A DNA stretch of 64,000 bases. It comes from an uncultured delta proteobacterium (GTDB lineage Bacteria; Desulfobacterota; RBG-13-43-22). Under the pieces are notes generated by a model. That model worked only from the letters and a program-made list of their open reading frames with translations, made no database searches and had not been told where the DNA came from. Below are positions 19,760 to 29,883 of the stretch, piece after piece. The translations under genes were made by a program, and so were the position numbers. The DNA lies in assembly GCA_963838485.1 (NCBI GenBank), contig CAWIRY010000115.1:74162-138161 (forward strand), in the 5' to 3' direction. Numbering within the stretch: position 1 is the first letter of the stretch; every line of letters begins with the position of its first letter.

Positions 19760-20542
19760 TTACACTTGTTTTTTCTCTGGCGGAATTGGGGAACCATTTT
19801 TATCCCTAACCCAAATCCAACCTTCTTTCTCAGCCAATTTATCATTTTCTGGATTAAGAGCAAGCCCATCCAAGAAATCAGCACCAGCAAGGACACAGAT
19901 TATGGCATCAAGTTCATTATCATCCTCTATAGTTAAGGAAGAGAGGTTTGTTGATGGCCTGATTTTCCCCAATTTTTCAAGGATGTCATTACAAAGGTCA
20001 ATATTCTTTTCTCCTTTATATCCAGATGAAGTCACACCATGAGAAGTCAATGTTGCCGCCGGATACACTTCAATCACTCCAGTGCCAGTAAAATTAGGCT
20101 TCCAGACCAGGGGGAAATCACGATTGGTTTTTTTCCGTACCTCGTTTAATAGATTAAGGGCAGCATGGGCCGTTCGGGCAATTTTATCTGCTCCTACATC
20201 CAACGATTGTTTTCCAAATTTATTTTTAATGAAACGATCGGTCTCTCTACGAAAAAGCTGGTTAGAATCAACCGGAAGTGGGTTGCCTGCTATGTGCTTA
20301 GATAATTGTTTCCCCATATCTATAGGCCAACCTAATGGGGCATCAAAGGCAAGCAGTATCCTATCTGACTGATTTAATGTCCCTTTGATAGTAATTATTA
20401 TTGTCTTTGTTAAAAACTTGTTAGAACCGTGTTTTGAGATCAAATTTAGCTGGCGATCACGTTCAGACCATACACCGACTGCAACCCCTGTGTTTTTATC
20501 CTCTACGGCGCAATCTATACCAATAATGAGGGTTTTATTCAT
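19760..20542 (-). CDS. DUF429 predicted RNase H-fold nuclease
   Basis: IIGIDCA, AFDAPLGWP, RRETD, IEVYPAATL, DAIIC. Confidence 0.8.
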   Translation of the reverse strand: MNKTLIIGIDCAVEDKNTGVAVGVWSERDRQLNLISKHGSNKFLTKTIIITIKGTLNQSDRILLAFDAPLGWPIDMGKQLSKHIAGNPLPVDSNQLFRRETDRFIKNKFGKQSLDVGADKIARTAHAALNLLNEVRKKTNRDFPLVWKPNFTGTGVIEVYPAATLTSHGVTSSGYKGEKNIDLCNDILEKLGKIRPSTNLSSLTIEDDNELDAIICVLAGADFLDGLALNPENDKLAEKEGWIWVRDKNGSPIPPEKKQV

Positions 20543-20660
20543 TTTTAGCTCCCCAAGTTTTAACGATAAGAATATCCAATTCTGATTTCTACCCCGCAGT
20601 AAATAATGGTAGTTAACCTAAAAACCGAAAGAAATCAACTAAGACCCGATAGACTTTACC

Positions 20661-21005
20661 TTATCCCCAAAATATACCGGTCGGATCACGATCTAGCTCC
20701 TTCAGAAGATCATCAAAATCAGTGCTCGGTTGAATCAAGTCATAAAGCTGCCATCTGTTATCCTTGTCAATAGAGTATAGCTGCCATTGTTTTTTATCAT
20801 TATCAAATCGAAATTGAGCTACGCGATTTTGAGTCCAGATGGAAGGATCCTGGAAATATGGTCTTGTTTCAATGAGGGTAACTTTAGTCCCGTCAATTTT
20901 GAAGATCAACTCTCCCATATCACGGGCATGTTCTGGAATACGGTTTATACAGTATTGGGAGAGTTTTTCTTTGATTAATTTCTTGGTAAATTCTGGTAGG
21001 GACAT
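20661..21005 (-). CDS. DUF3024 family protein
   Basis: W.LY..D...RW..Y, ELDRDPTGIFWG terminus. Confidence 0.8.
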   Translation of the reverse strand: MSLPEFTKKLIKEKLSQYCINRIPEHARDMGELIFKIDGTKVTLIETRPYFQDPSIWTQNRVAQFRFDNDKKQWQLYSIDKDNRWQLYDLIQPSTDFDDLLKELDRDPTGIFWG

Positions 21006-21009
21006 TAAT

Positions 21010-21279
21010 TCATTTTTCTGATCGAAGTTTATGAAATTGGGATTTCCAAGATGAAGGTGTACTTTTACAAAAATTATCTTCCCTTACGAAGGCACAGACT
21101 CTTTGTAAATCATGCTTTCGACAAGCATCGGGGTTTGTGTGGCGGCAACCGAATGTTTGATACTCGGTATCTTGAGGGTGCAAGGGTTTGTGGAATTGCG
21201 ACTTTTGTTTCATATCAACTGCCCAATAATTGAGAAATATTTGTGTCCATCCGCCCCCACGATGAGTCAACCTAAACAT
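21010..21279 (-). CDS. Small Cys-rich hypothetical protein (start probably MKQKS)
   Basis: GCRHTNPDAC..VCAFVREDNFC. Confidence 0.55.
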   Translation of the reverse strand: MFRLTHRGGGWTQIFLNYWAVDMKQKSQFHKPLHPQDTEYQTFGCRHTNPDACRKHDLQRVCAFVREDNFCKSTPSSWKSQFHKLRSEK

Positions 21280-21462
21280 GAATTTGTGCTAAGAGTAATT
21301 GAAATTTAAAGGCGGCTCCCTCAGGTAGTCAGATTTAAAAGGGGGAAAATCAAACAATCAAAGGAGAGTCACCAAAAAAAATTACAACGAATTGGGGAAA
21401 AGGGAAAGTAAAAACTGCTGAAAGCTCTATCTGGGAACCTTTATTTTTCGGACGCAAATTAT

Positions 21463-22101
21463 TTAAAAATTTTCTTCCATCCAATCTTCCATTTCGAGAA
21501 TTTCCATGTTGAATAACCCTCTCAGGTTCTCAAAAATCCGTTCATACGCCGCCAGTCGACTTTCCAGTTCACCTATGTGTTCAGCTAATTGTTGGGCAAC
21601 ATAAAAAGCGGTTTGTTCGGATTCACTCTGTCCCCCTTTGGAGACCCGTAGAACCGGTAACTTAACCTTTTTCCCTTTGGGTGCTTTCTGGCGAACACTT
21701 GAGGCCTTGATCTTCTTCTTTGGTGCTTTAGCCCTTTTCTTCCGAGCTTTTTTAGGAGGAGGAGAGGCTTGTTTCTCGACTACCGAGGTCAAATCCTTTT
21801 CTTCAAAATGGACCTTTTTAGTATCACGGGAAAGACATTTATTCAATACCGGCAGGGTAATCGGTTTAACAATGGGAAAGGACTCAACCTTAACCCCCTT
21901 GCCCTTTTTCCCTGAAATATACCCATTTTCCAAAAGATTGCCTTTCAGGGTGGTAGTATACCGTTTTAAAGTTATGCCGGAATATTGGTCTTTGAACTTC
22001 TTCTCCAGCAGCTTCCCCAGTTCTTTATAGTTAATCTCTGTTTTCCCTTTAAGATAATTCAGCCAAGCTTGCAGATATTGTTTCAGGTTGCTTTTTTTCA
22101 T
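21463..22101 (-). CDS. Basic hypothetical protein with Lys/Ala/Pro-rich linker and C-terminal coiled coil
   Basis: 212 aa, PPPKKARKKRAKAPKKKIK; RBS AGGAAAGAG. Confidence 0.7.
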   Translation of the reverse strand: MKKSNLKQYLQAWLNYLKGKTEINYKELGKLLEKKFKDQYSGITLKRYTTTLKGNLLENGYISGKKGKGVKVESFPIVKPITLPVLNKCLSRDTKKVHFEEKDLTSVVEKQASPPPKKARKKRAKAPKKKIKASSVRQKAPKGKKVKLPVLRVSKGGQSESEQTAFYVAQQLAEHIGELESRLAAYERIFENLRGLFNMEILEMEDWMEENF

Positions 22102-22349
22102 ACTCTTTCCTTTCTAAATTACCGTCTCATGTTAGATTCTAATATTTTTAGTAAATCATACTGAAAGAAAATACAAATGTCAAAAACAAATGAAAGAACT
22201 AAAGATTCAAGAAAGGCAGCATTTAATCTGTGAATCCTCGAACCCTGTTATCGTGTTAGATATCCAGGATTAGGTTGAATGGATAGGACGTGGAAGGGAT
22301 GAGGAATCAAAGAAGAACAGGTAGAAAGAAGAAAAGGGCAATGGGTTTT

Positions 22350-22679
22350 TCATTTTGACCTCCGCCGTTTTATGGGGATAATGTTTCCCACCCCTTTTTT
22401 TTCACTATCCGTTCCCATTTCGGTTATTCCAGGACTTAATTCCTTTTTTTCACTATCCGTTCCTATTTCGCTTATTCCCGGTTTTAATTCCTTTTCGAGA
22501 GGAAAACTCACTTTCTGGGCGGCGATTTCCCGGAGGGCTACAACCACTTCCCTGTTTTTCGATTGGACCAATGGGGCGGCGCCGGCCCGTAGTTGCTTAA
22601 TCCTTTGAAAGGCCAAATGAATCAAGGAAAACCGGTTGGGTACTTGCTCAAGGCAATCTTCGATAGTTATTCTGGCCAC
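22350..22679 (-). CDS. rpoZ: RNA polymerase omega subunit paralogue with duplicated C-terminal tail
   Basis: ARITIEDCLEQVPNRFSLIHLA..R..QL..GA.PLV..KN.EVVVALREIA; GTG start with AAGGAG. Confidence 0.85.
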   Translation of the reverse strand: MARITIEDCLEQVPNRFSLIHLAFQRIKQLRAGAAPLVQSKNREVVVALREIAAQKVSFPLEKELKPGISEIGTDSEKKELSPGITEMGTDSEKKGVGNIIPIKRRRSK

Positions 22680-23017
22680 AGTTGCTCCTTTTTAAAAAAG
22701 TTATCCAAATAAAATTTATTAATATAATCCAAATATTGCAAAAAGTAAATTATTATTTATAACTTCCTGAGTTTAAATTCAATCAGTAACCTTTGAAGTT
22801 TTCAGATTATCCATTTCCGGTGGTTTAATTTTTTCCCTTGGGTAAGAAAGCGTCACGGCGACGCTTTTTCAATTGGGCAGTTAAACTGGATCATGGGACG
22901 TGGAAGGGATGATTAGGAATCAAAGAAGGACCAGGAGAAGAGAAGAAGATAGAAGAAGAAAGGGGTAATGGACTTTTTTATTGGGACCTCTAGAATAAGG
23001 GTCCGTTTCCCAAAAAA

Positions 23018-23095
23018 CAAAAACCCCACCCCCTTCTTGAGAAATGGTGTCTATTATCCTTCCGTCGGAACTCCTTTATAAAAGGGTTGTGAAAA
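23018..23095 (-). ncRNA. Copy of recurrent leader/terminator motif
   Basis: closely similar to 30699-30769; ends in hairpin + U-tract. Confidence 0.5.
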
Positions 23096-23427
23096 AGAAA
23101 CTTGGTTAATTTGCTGAAGATTTCCTCCTCTTTAATTACCATAAAGTCACTAATTCTTAAATCATTTTCATTGAATACCGTTTGAAAGATCTGTTTTGGT
23201 CCAGCATCGCACTGGATTTTCGTTAGAATACTTCAAGATGAAAGGGCTTCTGGTGTAATCTTTTACAGCCGTAGCCCAGTAACGACTGGCACAACCTTCG
23301 ATTTTGGAAAGAATGCCTCTGATCTCGGGATAGATCTCCCTGAAATGAACCTCCCTATCCCGGTCTTAGGATCAATTACATAAATTGTCAACCAGGTGTC
23401 GTTGACGATAACTAATTGAAACTTATA

Positions 23428-26400
23428 TCAACTTGCCATCTCAACAAATTGGTCAAGACATTCCAGCCAGACTATCATTGATTTCCACGCCTCATCTGCA
23501 TTGTTGAGTTTCAATTCGACATGCGCTACCCTTGTATTACGGAATTCGTTGACTTTCTCTAATTTGTAATAGAGGCTTTTCATTTTTGACCCTGAAAACA
23601 ATTTAGCCACGTCTTTCCATACGCCTGTTGCACCTAAGCCACCGTCTTTTGCATATCCTAAGCAAAAGAGTAATGTGCCTAGTTTCATTATAGAGCGCCC
23701 GAATACCAAATTATCTTTGAGGTAACGGCCATATTTTTCGAGCTGAATGCGATCTCTTGTTTTAAGCGTATCCAGATAGGGACTAAAATAATTTTCTCGA
23801 TCCTGCTGACTGGTAGGTATTTTAGGTGTAAGTTGCTTGTCAAGTATTCGAATAGCATAATCATCAAGCGGATGAAGCAACGGTTGAAAAGCATGTCCAA
23901 ACTCTGGCATTCCAGAACGGATAGCGTGATCCAGAAGAGTTATTGCCTGCCTCATTTGTCCTTCTACAGCAGTAGGAGCCTTCTGAATACCTGCTTCCCA
24001 AAGGACACGGGAAAACAACTCTTCGGCCTCCTTCTGAGCTGTTTCTTCGAAGAGCGGTAATTCCTGTTGGCCGGTTTTCGCCTCTTCTATCAATCCTCGA
24101 AGAGATGGTTCACAGGCCCTTGATAATTCTTCGATCGTTGATGCCGCACTCTGCTGAAACAGGTGATAAGGGATATATAAAAAGCGCCATTTAACCCTTC
24201 CCTTTGAACCGGCCTTACACCATTCAACGGCAGCCCGGACCTTTACGAGAACGAGATTGTCAACCTTGCCCTTAAGCTCTACGAGGTAATAACTGTTTTC
24301 CTTGCTGCGAATGAAGAAATCCGGGACATACAAGGCTCGATGTCCATCTGGCTTCATATAATCGATCATCAGTTTTTGTGGACCTGCATTCTTCGCAGAA
24401 GCGATAACGTCGGATGCATAATCACAGAAATCAACAAATGCCCTTTCAAATTCATTTTCGCAGGGGACCAGATTAAACATGGTTTTTTTTGCTTGGACAG
24501 CGGGCCTCTTGTCGTTACTGGTAGCCTGATAGGGTTTCCATAAGGATAAAATCTGCCCTTGGCTGATCCGCCGCCGCTCCTTTTTTCGGACGATTTTGTC
24601 TAGAATCAGGGGTGTGAAGGTGGCACGGATGTGTTCCATCACATCGATGTCGCGCATACGATGATCGACATCCCCGGCGTAAAGGTCTACTTCACGTTCA
24701 AAAAGGACCTTCGAGATGAATTCCTCAATCACGGGTGTTAAGATACTGTGTGGATTGCTGACATGGCAGGCTCTTCCCAATTCCTGTGCAAAATAACTCG
24801 CCGCTGACCATGCGTTACTTAGAAGACCTACGTCCACCTTCATCTTGGCGACAACTTCGTCAGTAAAAAGATGCCTCTCCTCATATTCAATAGATTCAGT
24901 TTTTATCTTACCAATCGGCAGGCGGTAAAAGCGTTTCTTTGTCTCGAAAAACTCTCTTACCTCATCAATGGACAACCCCTTTAATTCTGTGCTCATTTCC
25001 ACAGAATCCGAAATTAAAGGGATTTCAATTTCCAGATCCTTAACAGGCTTTTTCTCATGATCAACAAAAATGGTCACAGTTTGTTTGAATGCTTCACGAA
25101 TGGGCAGGTAAGCAATATCGAGACCTTCTTGGGCCAGTTCCTCTTCATATAATTTTCGGAAGGCGGGATGATGGACGACAGTGACTATTTCCGGAGTCTC
25201 GGCAAGTGGGAACATGCGCCTCAGTCCTCGTCCTAATGTCTGTTCAGGAAGGATGCCGGACTTTGCGGAATATGGACGCAAAGGAATGATGGTTGTAACG
25301 TTCTTGACATCCCAACCTTCGCGAAGCATCATGACGGAAACCACACAACGAAATTTACTGTCCTTTTTATCTAGTTCGCGGGACATCTCACGTAATTCCC
25401 GAAGGTCTTCCGGTTTCATGCCCGTTTCCTTTTCCACGAATTCCTTGACTTCACGGCCACCCCGGATGAAGGTCTTTATTTTTCCCTTCAAGCGGGTATG
25501 GATATTCAAAACCCGTCCTTTCAGAAGAGGAAACTGTTTACTGTCCAGATAGTCCGTGATTTCATTCGCTGCGTCTGCGTCTTCAGTCATCACAAAAAGG
25601 ATGGGTTTTCTGACCTTATTCAGTTCCTCATAAGTCTTTTCATAACGTTGATAACCAAGTTGAAGGTGCATATTATATCGCTGATGGGCGGGTGTTCTAT
25701 TATCTCCCCTGATGACCAACGCATCTGATTCTCCAATGACAGGAACCTTAACGATGCCAGCATCTACTGCTTCGCCAAGAGGAAAATCACAAATGATATG
25801 ATTAAAAAGATTACCGTCGTTGTATTTTGGTGTCGCAGAAAAATCCAATTGAAGCCGCACTCCCCGATTCCCCTTACTTAGGCTTTGACTATGCAAAGCA
25901 TTAATAGCTCTGTTCCAAGCAAGATCAGGATCATGGAGGTGATGAGCCTCATCATTCATAACCATGACGCAAGGATGGCTTGAAATTCTCTCTCGGAGAG
26001 CAGCGCCTGTGTCCAGTGCCTTAGCTTTCTTGACAGGAGGGCCGAAGATAGATGCCTTATCGTCATCTCCTTCGTCATTTTCATCACGTGATTCATAGAG
26101 GCGGTGAATGTTTGTCAGATAAATTGTGCCCCTTGTGCTTGAGCCACCGGGATTATCCTGTAGTATGACTTGCATTTGAAAGTCATTAACCCAATCTGTA
26201 GGCAGGAGGGGATCTTTGTAGAAAATTGAACAGTTCTCAAAATCATCTTTTAATCGTTCATAAACTGTCAAATTTGGTGCAATAATAACAAAATGCTGGG
26301 GCAGGTTCGAATCGGTTTCACGGAGCCGATGGAAATAACTCCATACGATTGCCAGACTCATTACTTTGGTTTTCCCACCTCCCGTTGCTATTTTACAACA

Positions 26401-26853
26401 ATCCTTTAGCCATCGATCGTCTTCAGGGTTGATGCCAAGGGCAAGATCGGCGATGCCCTCGCTGCCGAATTCAAACATAAGTTCCATTACATTGCTGATT
26501 CTGCGCATCTCGCACAAATAAATGATGGTTTCAATCGCTTCTCTCTGTGCCCAATGATACCGAAAGGCTAAAGATTCACCTTCGCCGTTTAATATCAAAT
26601 GTTCCGATTTGAACCAGTAATTAAGCAAGGATATTGAAGTTTCGCTAATACTCGCATAACCACCTCGTCGCCATCCATCGACTTCTGCTCGAATCGATCT
26701 TACCAATGCACATTTACTGGGGCGGCGGCCAGGTTCAATAATTGCCGATGCACCCGGTACCGAGTTAGGAAGACGATGCATAATCGGCTCTTCCCACGGC
26801 TTGAACAATGGTTCAAGAGCGGCTGCATTTTTTTCCGTGACCTCAAAAGCCAT
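23428..26853 (-). CDS. res: Type III restriction enzyme Res subunit
   Basis: ATGGGKT, DEAHH, LREGWDV, EQTLGRGLR, YVPDF..VELKG. Confidence 0.9.
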   Translation of the reverse strand: MAFEVTEKNAAALEPLFKPWEEPIMHRLPNSVPGASAIIEPGRRPSKCALVRSIRAEVDGWRRGGYASISETSISLLNYWFKSEHLILNGEGESLAFRYHWAQREAIETIIYLCEMRRISNVMELMFEFGSEGIADLALGINPEDDRWLKDCCKIATGGGKTKVMSLAIVWSYFHRLRETDSNLPQHFVIIAPNLTVYERLKDDFENCSIFYKDPLLPTDWVNDFQMQVILQDNPGGSSTRGTIYLTNIHRLYESRDENDEGDDDKASIFGPPVKKAKALDTGAALRERISSHPCVMVMNDEAHHLHDPDLAWNRAINALHSQSLSKGNRGVRLQLDFSATPKYNDGNLFNHIICDFPLGEAVDAGIVKVPVIGESDALVIRGDNRTPAHQRYNMHLQLGYQRYEKTYEELNKVRKPILFVMTEDADAANEITDYLDSKQFPLLKGRVLNIHTRLKGKIKTFIRGGREVKEFVEKETGMKPEDLRELREMSRELDKKDSKFRCVVSVMMLREGWDVKNVTTIIPLRPYSAKSGILPEQTLGRGLRRMFPLAETPEIVTVVHHPAFRKLYEEELAQEGLDIAYLPIREAFKQTVTIFVDHEKKPVKDLEIEIPLISDSVEMSTELKGLSIDEVREFFETKKRFYRLPIGKIKTESIEYEERHLFTDEVVAKMKVDVGLLSNAWSAASYFAQELGRACHVSNPHSILTPVIEEFISKVLFEREVDLYAGDVDHRMRDIDVMEHIRATFTPLILDKIVRKKERRRISQGQILSLWKPYQATSNDKRPAVQAKKTMFNLVPCENEFERAFVDFCDYASDVIASAKNAGPQKLMIDYMKPDGHRALYVPDFFIRSKENSYYLVELKGKVDNLVLVKVRAAVEWCKAGSKGRVKWRFLYIPYHLFQQSAASTIEELSRACEPSLRGLIEEAKTGQQELPLFEETAQKEAEELFSRVLWEAGIQKAPTAVEGQMRQAITLLDHAIRSGMPEFGHAFQPLLHPLDDYAIRILDKQLTPKIPTSQQDRENYFSPYLDTLKTRDRIQLEKYGRYLKDNLVFGRSIMKLGTLLFCLGYAKDGGLGATGVWKDVAKLFSGSKMKSLYYKLEKVNEFRNTRVAHVELKLNNADEAWKSMIVWLECLDQFVEMAS

Positions 26854-26855
26854 GA

Positions 26856-28922
26856 TTAAACCTCCACGTCGATAACTGTCGTGGTATCTACACCAAAAAC
26901 ATCAATCACCTTGACGCAAATCTTCTTATTGCCCTTATTCTTGTATTCCCAACCAATGTATGTTCTTTCTTTTAACGAGCGATCCTTTCTGGTTCGAAAA
27001 TCCTGCCAATGATGTTCAAATGGCTTGTTTGCGCTCCAGTCAAAATCAACAGCCCAGAAATCAATGAAATCAAAAGGTGATTTTACCGCGCGTTCCCTCA
27101 AGGCGGCCATTTCAGATTCTGGAGCTTCCGCCAACGCCGGGGAGAAACGATTCAATTTGACATCAATCTTCTTTCCCTTCTTGACAGCTTTTACCTCCAG
27201 GGCTCCAGCCTCAAAGAACTGGCATTCCCTCCGGTTCGGTTCCATGATTTCTCTTGGGATGTATTTCAACTTGATGTTCAGACCGCTTTCTGCCTCGATA
27301 GCCTGTTTCTTATGGGATAGTTCCATTTCAAATTCCCATGCAAGACAATGAAGCTCTCGTCCTCCGGCAGCACTCGCCGCTTCTGATATTGTGCGGAGTT
27401 CTTCAAAGGTAAAAATGCCATCAATATGATGCACGTGAACAAAAGCCCCGTGTTTTGTTCCGTGCAGAAGGGAATTTGATGATAACTGTAAAGGAGTTGC
27501 TTTATAGAATTGAAGAACAATTTGGCGATGTTCCGTATCGGCACCCTTGAGGCGCTCCATTTGCCACCATTGGCGTTCGTAACGACCAAGATTATAGACG
27601 TCGAAGGAGCGATAAGGCTTGCTATCTGCATGCAGCTCCCGCTGAACTTGAATGAGGCGTTTACGGCTAACGTGTATGGCATAACGACCTAAATCTACAC
27701 CTATCCAACGTCGGTCGAGTTTCTCGGCAACAGCCATTGTTGTACCAGAACCAGAAAAAAGGTCAGCAACGAGGGCGCCTTTGTCAGAGGATGCACGGAT
27801 AATGCGCTCTAAAAATGGCTCAGATTTCTGCGTCACATAAGCATTTGGGGCATTGTCGTAAGCATAGATATCAGACCAATCGGTATCGGCTGCGATTTCC
27901 TCTTTAGGTTCGACCCAGTAGTAACAGCGTGTTGCCCCTGGCTCGCGCTTGATAAATCTCTTCGATTTCCCAGTTTTTATCCAGTAATCGAAGAGGGTCA
28001 TCTTGTCAGAATACATATCTAGGTATTCTTGGTAGTTCTGCACTGCGAGTTCCGCTTTGTCTCTTGTCCAGCGCCACTGTCCATCCGCAAGATGTATTCC
28101 CAGCAGCGGATAACGTAATGTTGGACGGTCAGCATTATTCCAAAAATTGTTCCACTGTTCGTGATTTGATTCGGGTGCCTTTGTCAATGGAGCACGAAAT
28201 CGAGCAGATATATTCATTGAATACCATAGAACTGAGTCACAAGCGATATTCAAACGAGATACCGTGTCAAACTGATTCTGTAAGTTTTTTGTTTTTCTCT
28301 TCGCATAGATTTCATTCCTGAAATTATCACTTCCAAACACATCATCCATTAATAAGCGTAGGGATGAATTGACTCGATAATCACAATGCACATAAATGCT
28401 ACCTTTTTCACTAAGCAAATCTCGCATCATTGTAAGGCGTTCGTACATCATGTGCAGGTAGGAATCCGTACCTTTACCCCAAGTATCCCGATAAGCTACA
28501 GATTCTAGGATAGACTGCTCCTTCTGTACGGCTTCGCCTTCTTCCCCTAGTTGCACCTGCATGGTGAAATCAGCACCCACGTCAAAAGGAGGATCATTGT
28601 AAATCAAATCAACCTTGCCTCGGAACTGGTCCAACAAAGCGGCCATTGCCAGCTTATTGTCCCCCCAGATGAGAATGTTACGAAAATCATCTTGATGAGC
28701 CTTCATTGAATCAAATAACAAACCCTGGGCAATACTGCGGTCATGGGGCTCATCTATGGCTTCGATTCGTTGCAACGGTAAAGGGGTTGAGGGAAGTTTA
28801 ACGGGACGCCGGTTCCCATATTCATCGTATTTGCCTTCCCATACCAATCCAGTTTTCAATTTCGATAATGGGTGCGGATTTTCCGGACCCCACGTATGAT
28901 TAGACATGTTTTTTTTATCCAT
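26856..28922 (-). CDS. mod: Type III R-M DNA methyltransferase Mod subunit
   Basis: DPPF motif IV precedes DLFSGSGTT motif I (beta class); directly upstream of res. Confidence 0.92.
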   Translation of the reverse strand: MDKKNMSNHTWGPENPHPLSKLKTGLVWEGKYDEYGNRRPVKLPSTPLPLQRIEAIDEPHDRSIAQGLLFDSMKAHQDDFRNILIWGDNKLAMAALLDQFRGKVDLIYNDPPFDVGADFTMQVQLGEEGEAVQKEQSILESVAYRDTWGKGTDSYLHMMYERLTMMRDLLSEKGSIYVHCDYRVNSSLRLLMDDVFGSDNFRNEIYAKRKTKNLQNQFDTVSRLNIACDSVLWYSMNISARFRAPLTKAPESNHEQWNNFWNNADRPTLRYPLLGIHLADGQWRWTRDKAELAVQNYQEYLDMYSDKMTLFDYWIKTGKSKRFIKREPGATRCYYWVEPKEEIAADTDWSDIYAYDNAPNAYVTQKSEPFLERIIRASSDKGALVADLFSGSGTTMAVAEKLDRRWIGVDLGRYAIHVSRKRLIQVQRELHADSKPYRSFDVYNLGRYERQWWQMERLKGADTEHRQIVLQFYKATPLQLSSNSLLHGTKHGAFVHVHHIDGIFTFEELRTISEAASAAGGRELHCLAWEFEMELSHKKQAIEAESGLNIKLKYIPREIMEPNRRECQFFEAGALEVKAVKKGKKIDVKLNRFSPALAEAPESEMAALRERAVKSPFDFIDFWAVDFDWSANKPFEHHWQDFRTRKDRSLKERTYIGWEYKNKGNKKICVKVIDVFGVDTTTVIDVEV

Positions 28923-29149
28923 CAGTTAAACCTCATAGATTAAACATTTTTCGTTTATTTGAAAAGGATTGTAAATGTAAGTGGAGTCAGGCATAAATAA
29001 TTAAGTTTTGATACAAAGTGAAATTTTGATCACTTTATTTTATTCAGTTTTGTTTTCATCTCCACACCTTTAACCGCCATGGCGGCTCCTGTCGTACCAA
29101 ACCCTAATTCCCGTTGATCCCGTCTGATTTTTTTCGAATATCGCTGAAC

Positions 29150-29236
29150 AAAAAACCCTATCTCCTTCAGAAAATAGGGTCTTATTCAATACTTCATGGA
29201 CCAACCTTTCGGTTAAGGGTTGCCAGCATCAAGAAA
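29150..29236 (-). ncRNA. Copy of recurrent leader/terminator motif upstream of mod
   Basis: TTTCTT..CAACCCTT..ATGAAGTATTGA ATAAGA CCCTATTTTC-TGAA-GGAGATAGGG TTTTTT. Confidence 0.45.
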
Positions 29237-29883
29237 GCCTAACTTAAAATGAATAATTTAAACCATAACACATAGTTAAAGTCAATCCAAAAGAGAGACA
29301 GCCCGAAAAGAGTTCAAACACCTTATTTGACAACTTCCAAACTTCTAATCTTTTTTGGGGATTTCCCTTCAAATGCTTGGAAGTTTGGAAGTTCAAAAGT
29401 TCGACCAGAACCACCAGGACAGCAGTAAGATGAAAAACCCAATACAAAAAATAGTTTTTCCTATTTGTCATTATAGATAGTTACAAGGGTTCGGTGCGCC
29501 GACCTTTAACCAACCTTGGTCCATATTTTTGATTATCTATCCATATCTTCTTCTATTCCTATCCCCTGATTACCCTTGAATCCTTCCCAGGTTCGTTTTC
29601 TATCTTATCTGACCTTCTCTTAAATCTAATCTGCCTCTAATCCGATTCTAATGAATCTACGCTCCAGCTTCACCATCTAACATACTATATATATTAAATA
29701 ATACAAGAAAGTCCTAAGGGGCTATCCTGCCCCTTCCCTGGAGCAATCCATGGAATGGGAATCATTATTTCCCTTGAACCTTCTTTAATCCCCCTTCTGT
29801 TTTCCTATCCATACCGGCATTCCCCAATAGCACCCCTTTCATCCCCTTCATTCAATCAAATCCCTTAATAACGGAGGACCCCT

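Noticed and set aside
28975-29130. Possible REP-associated transposase 3' remnant
   Set aside because: Resemblance too short and degenerate to support
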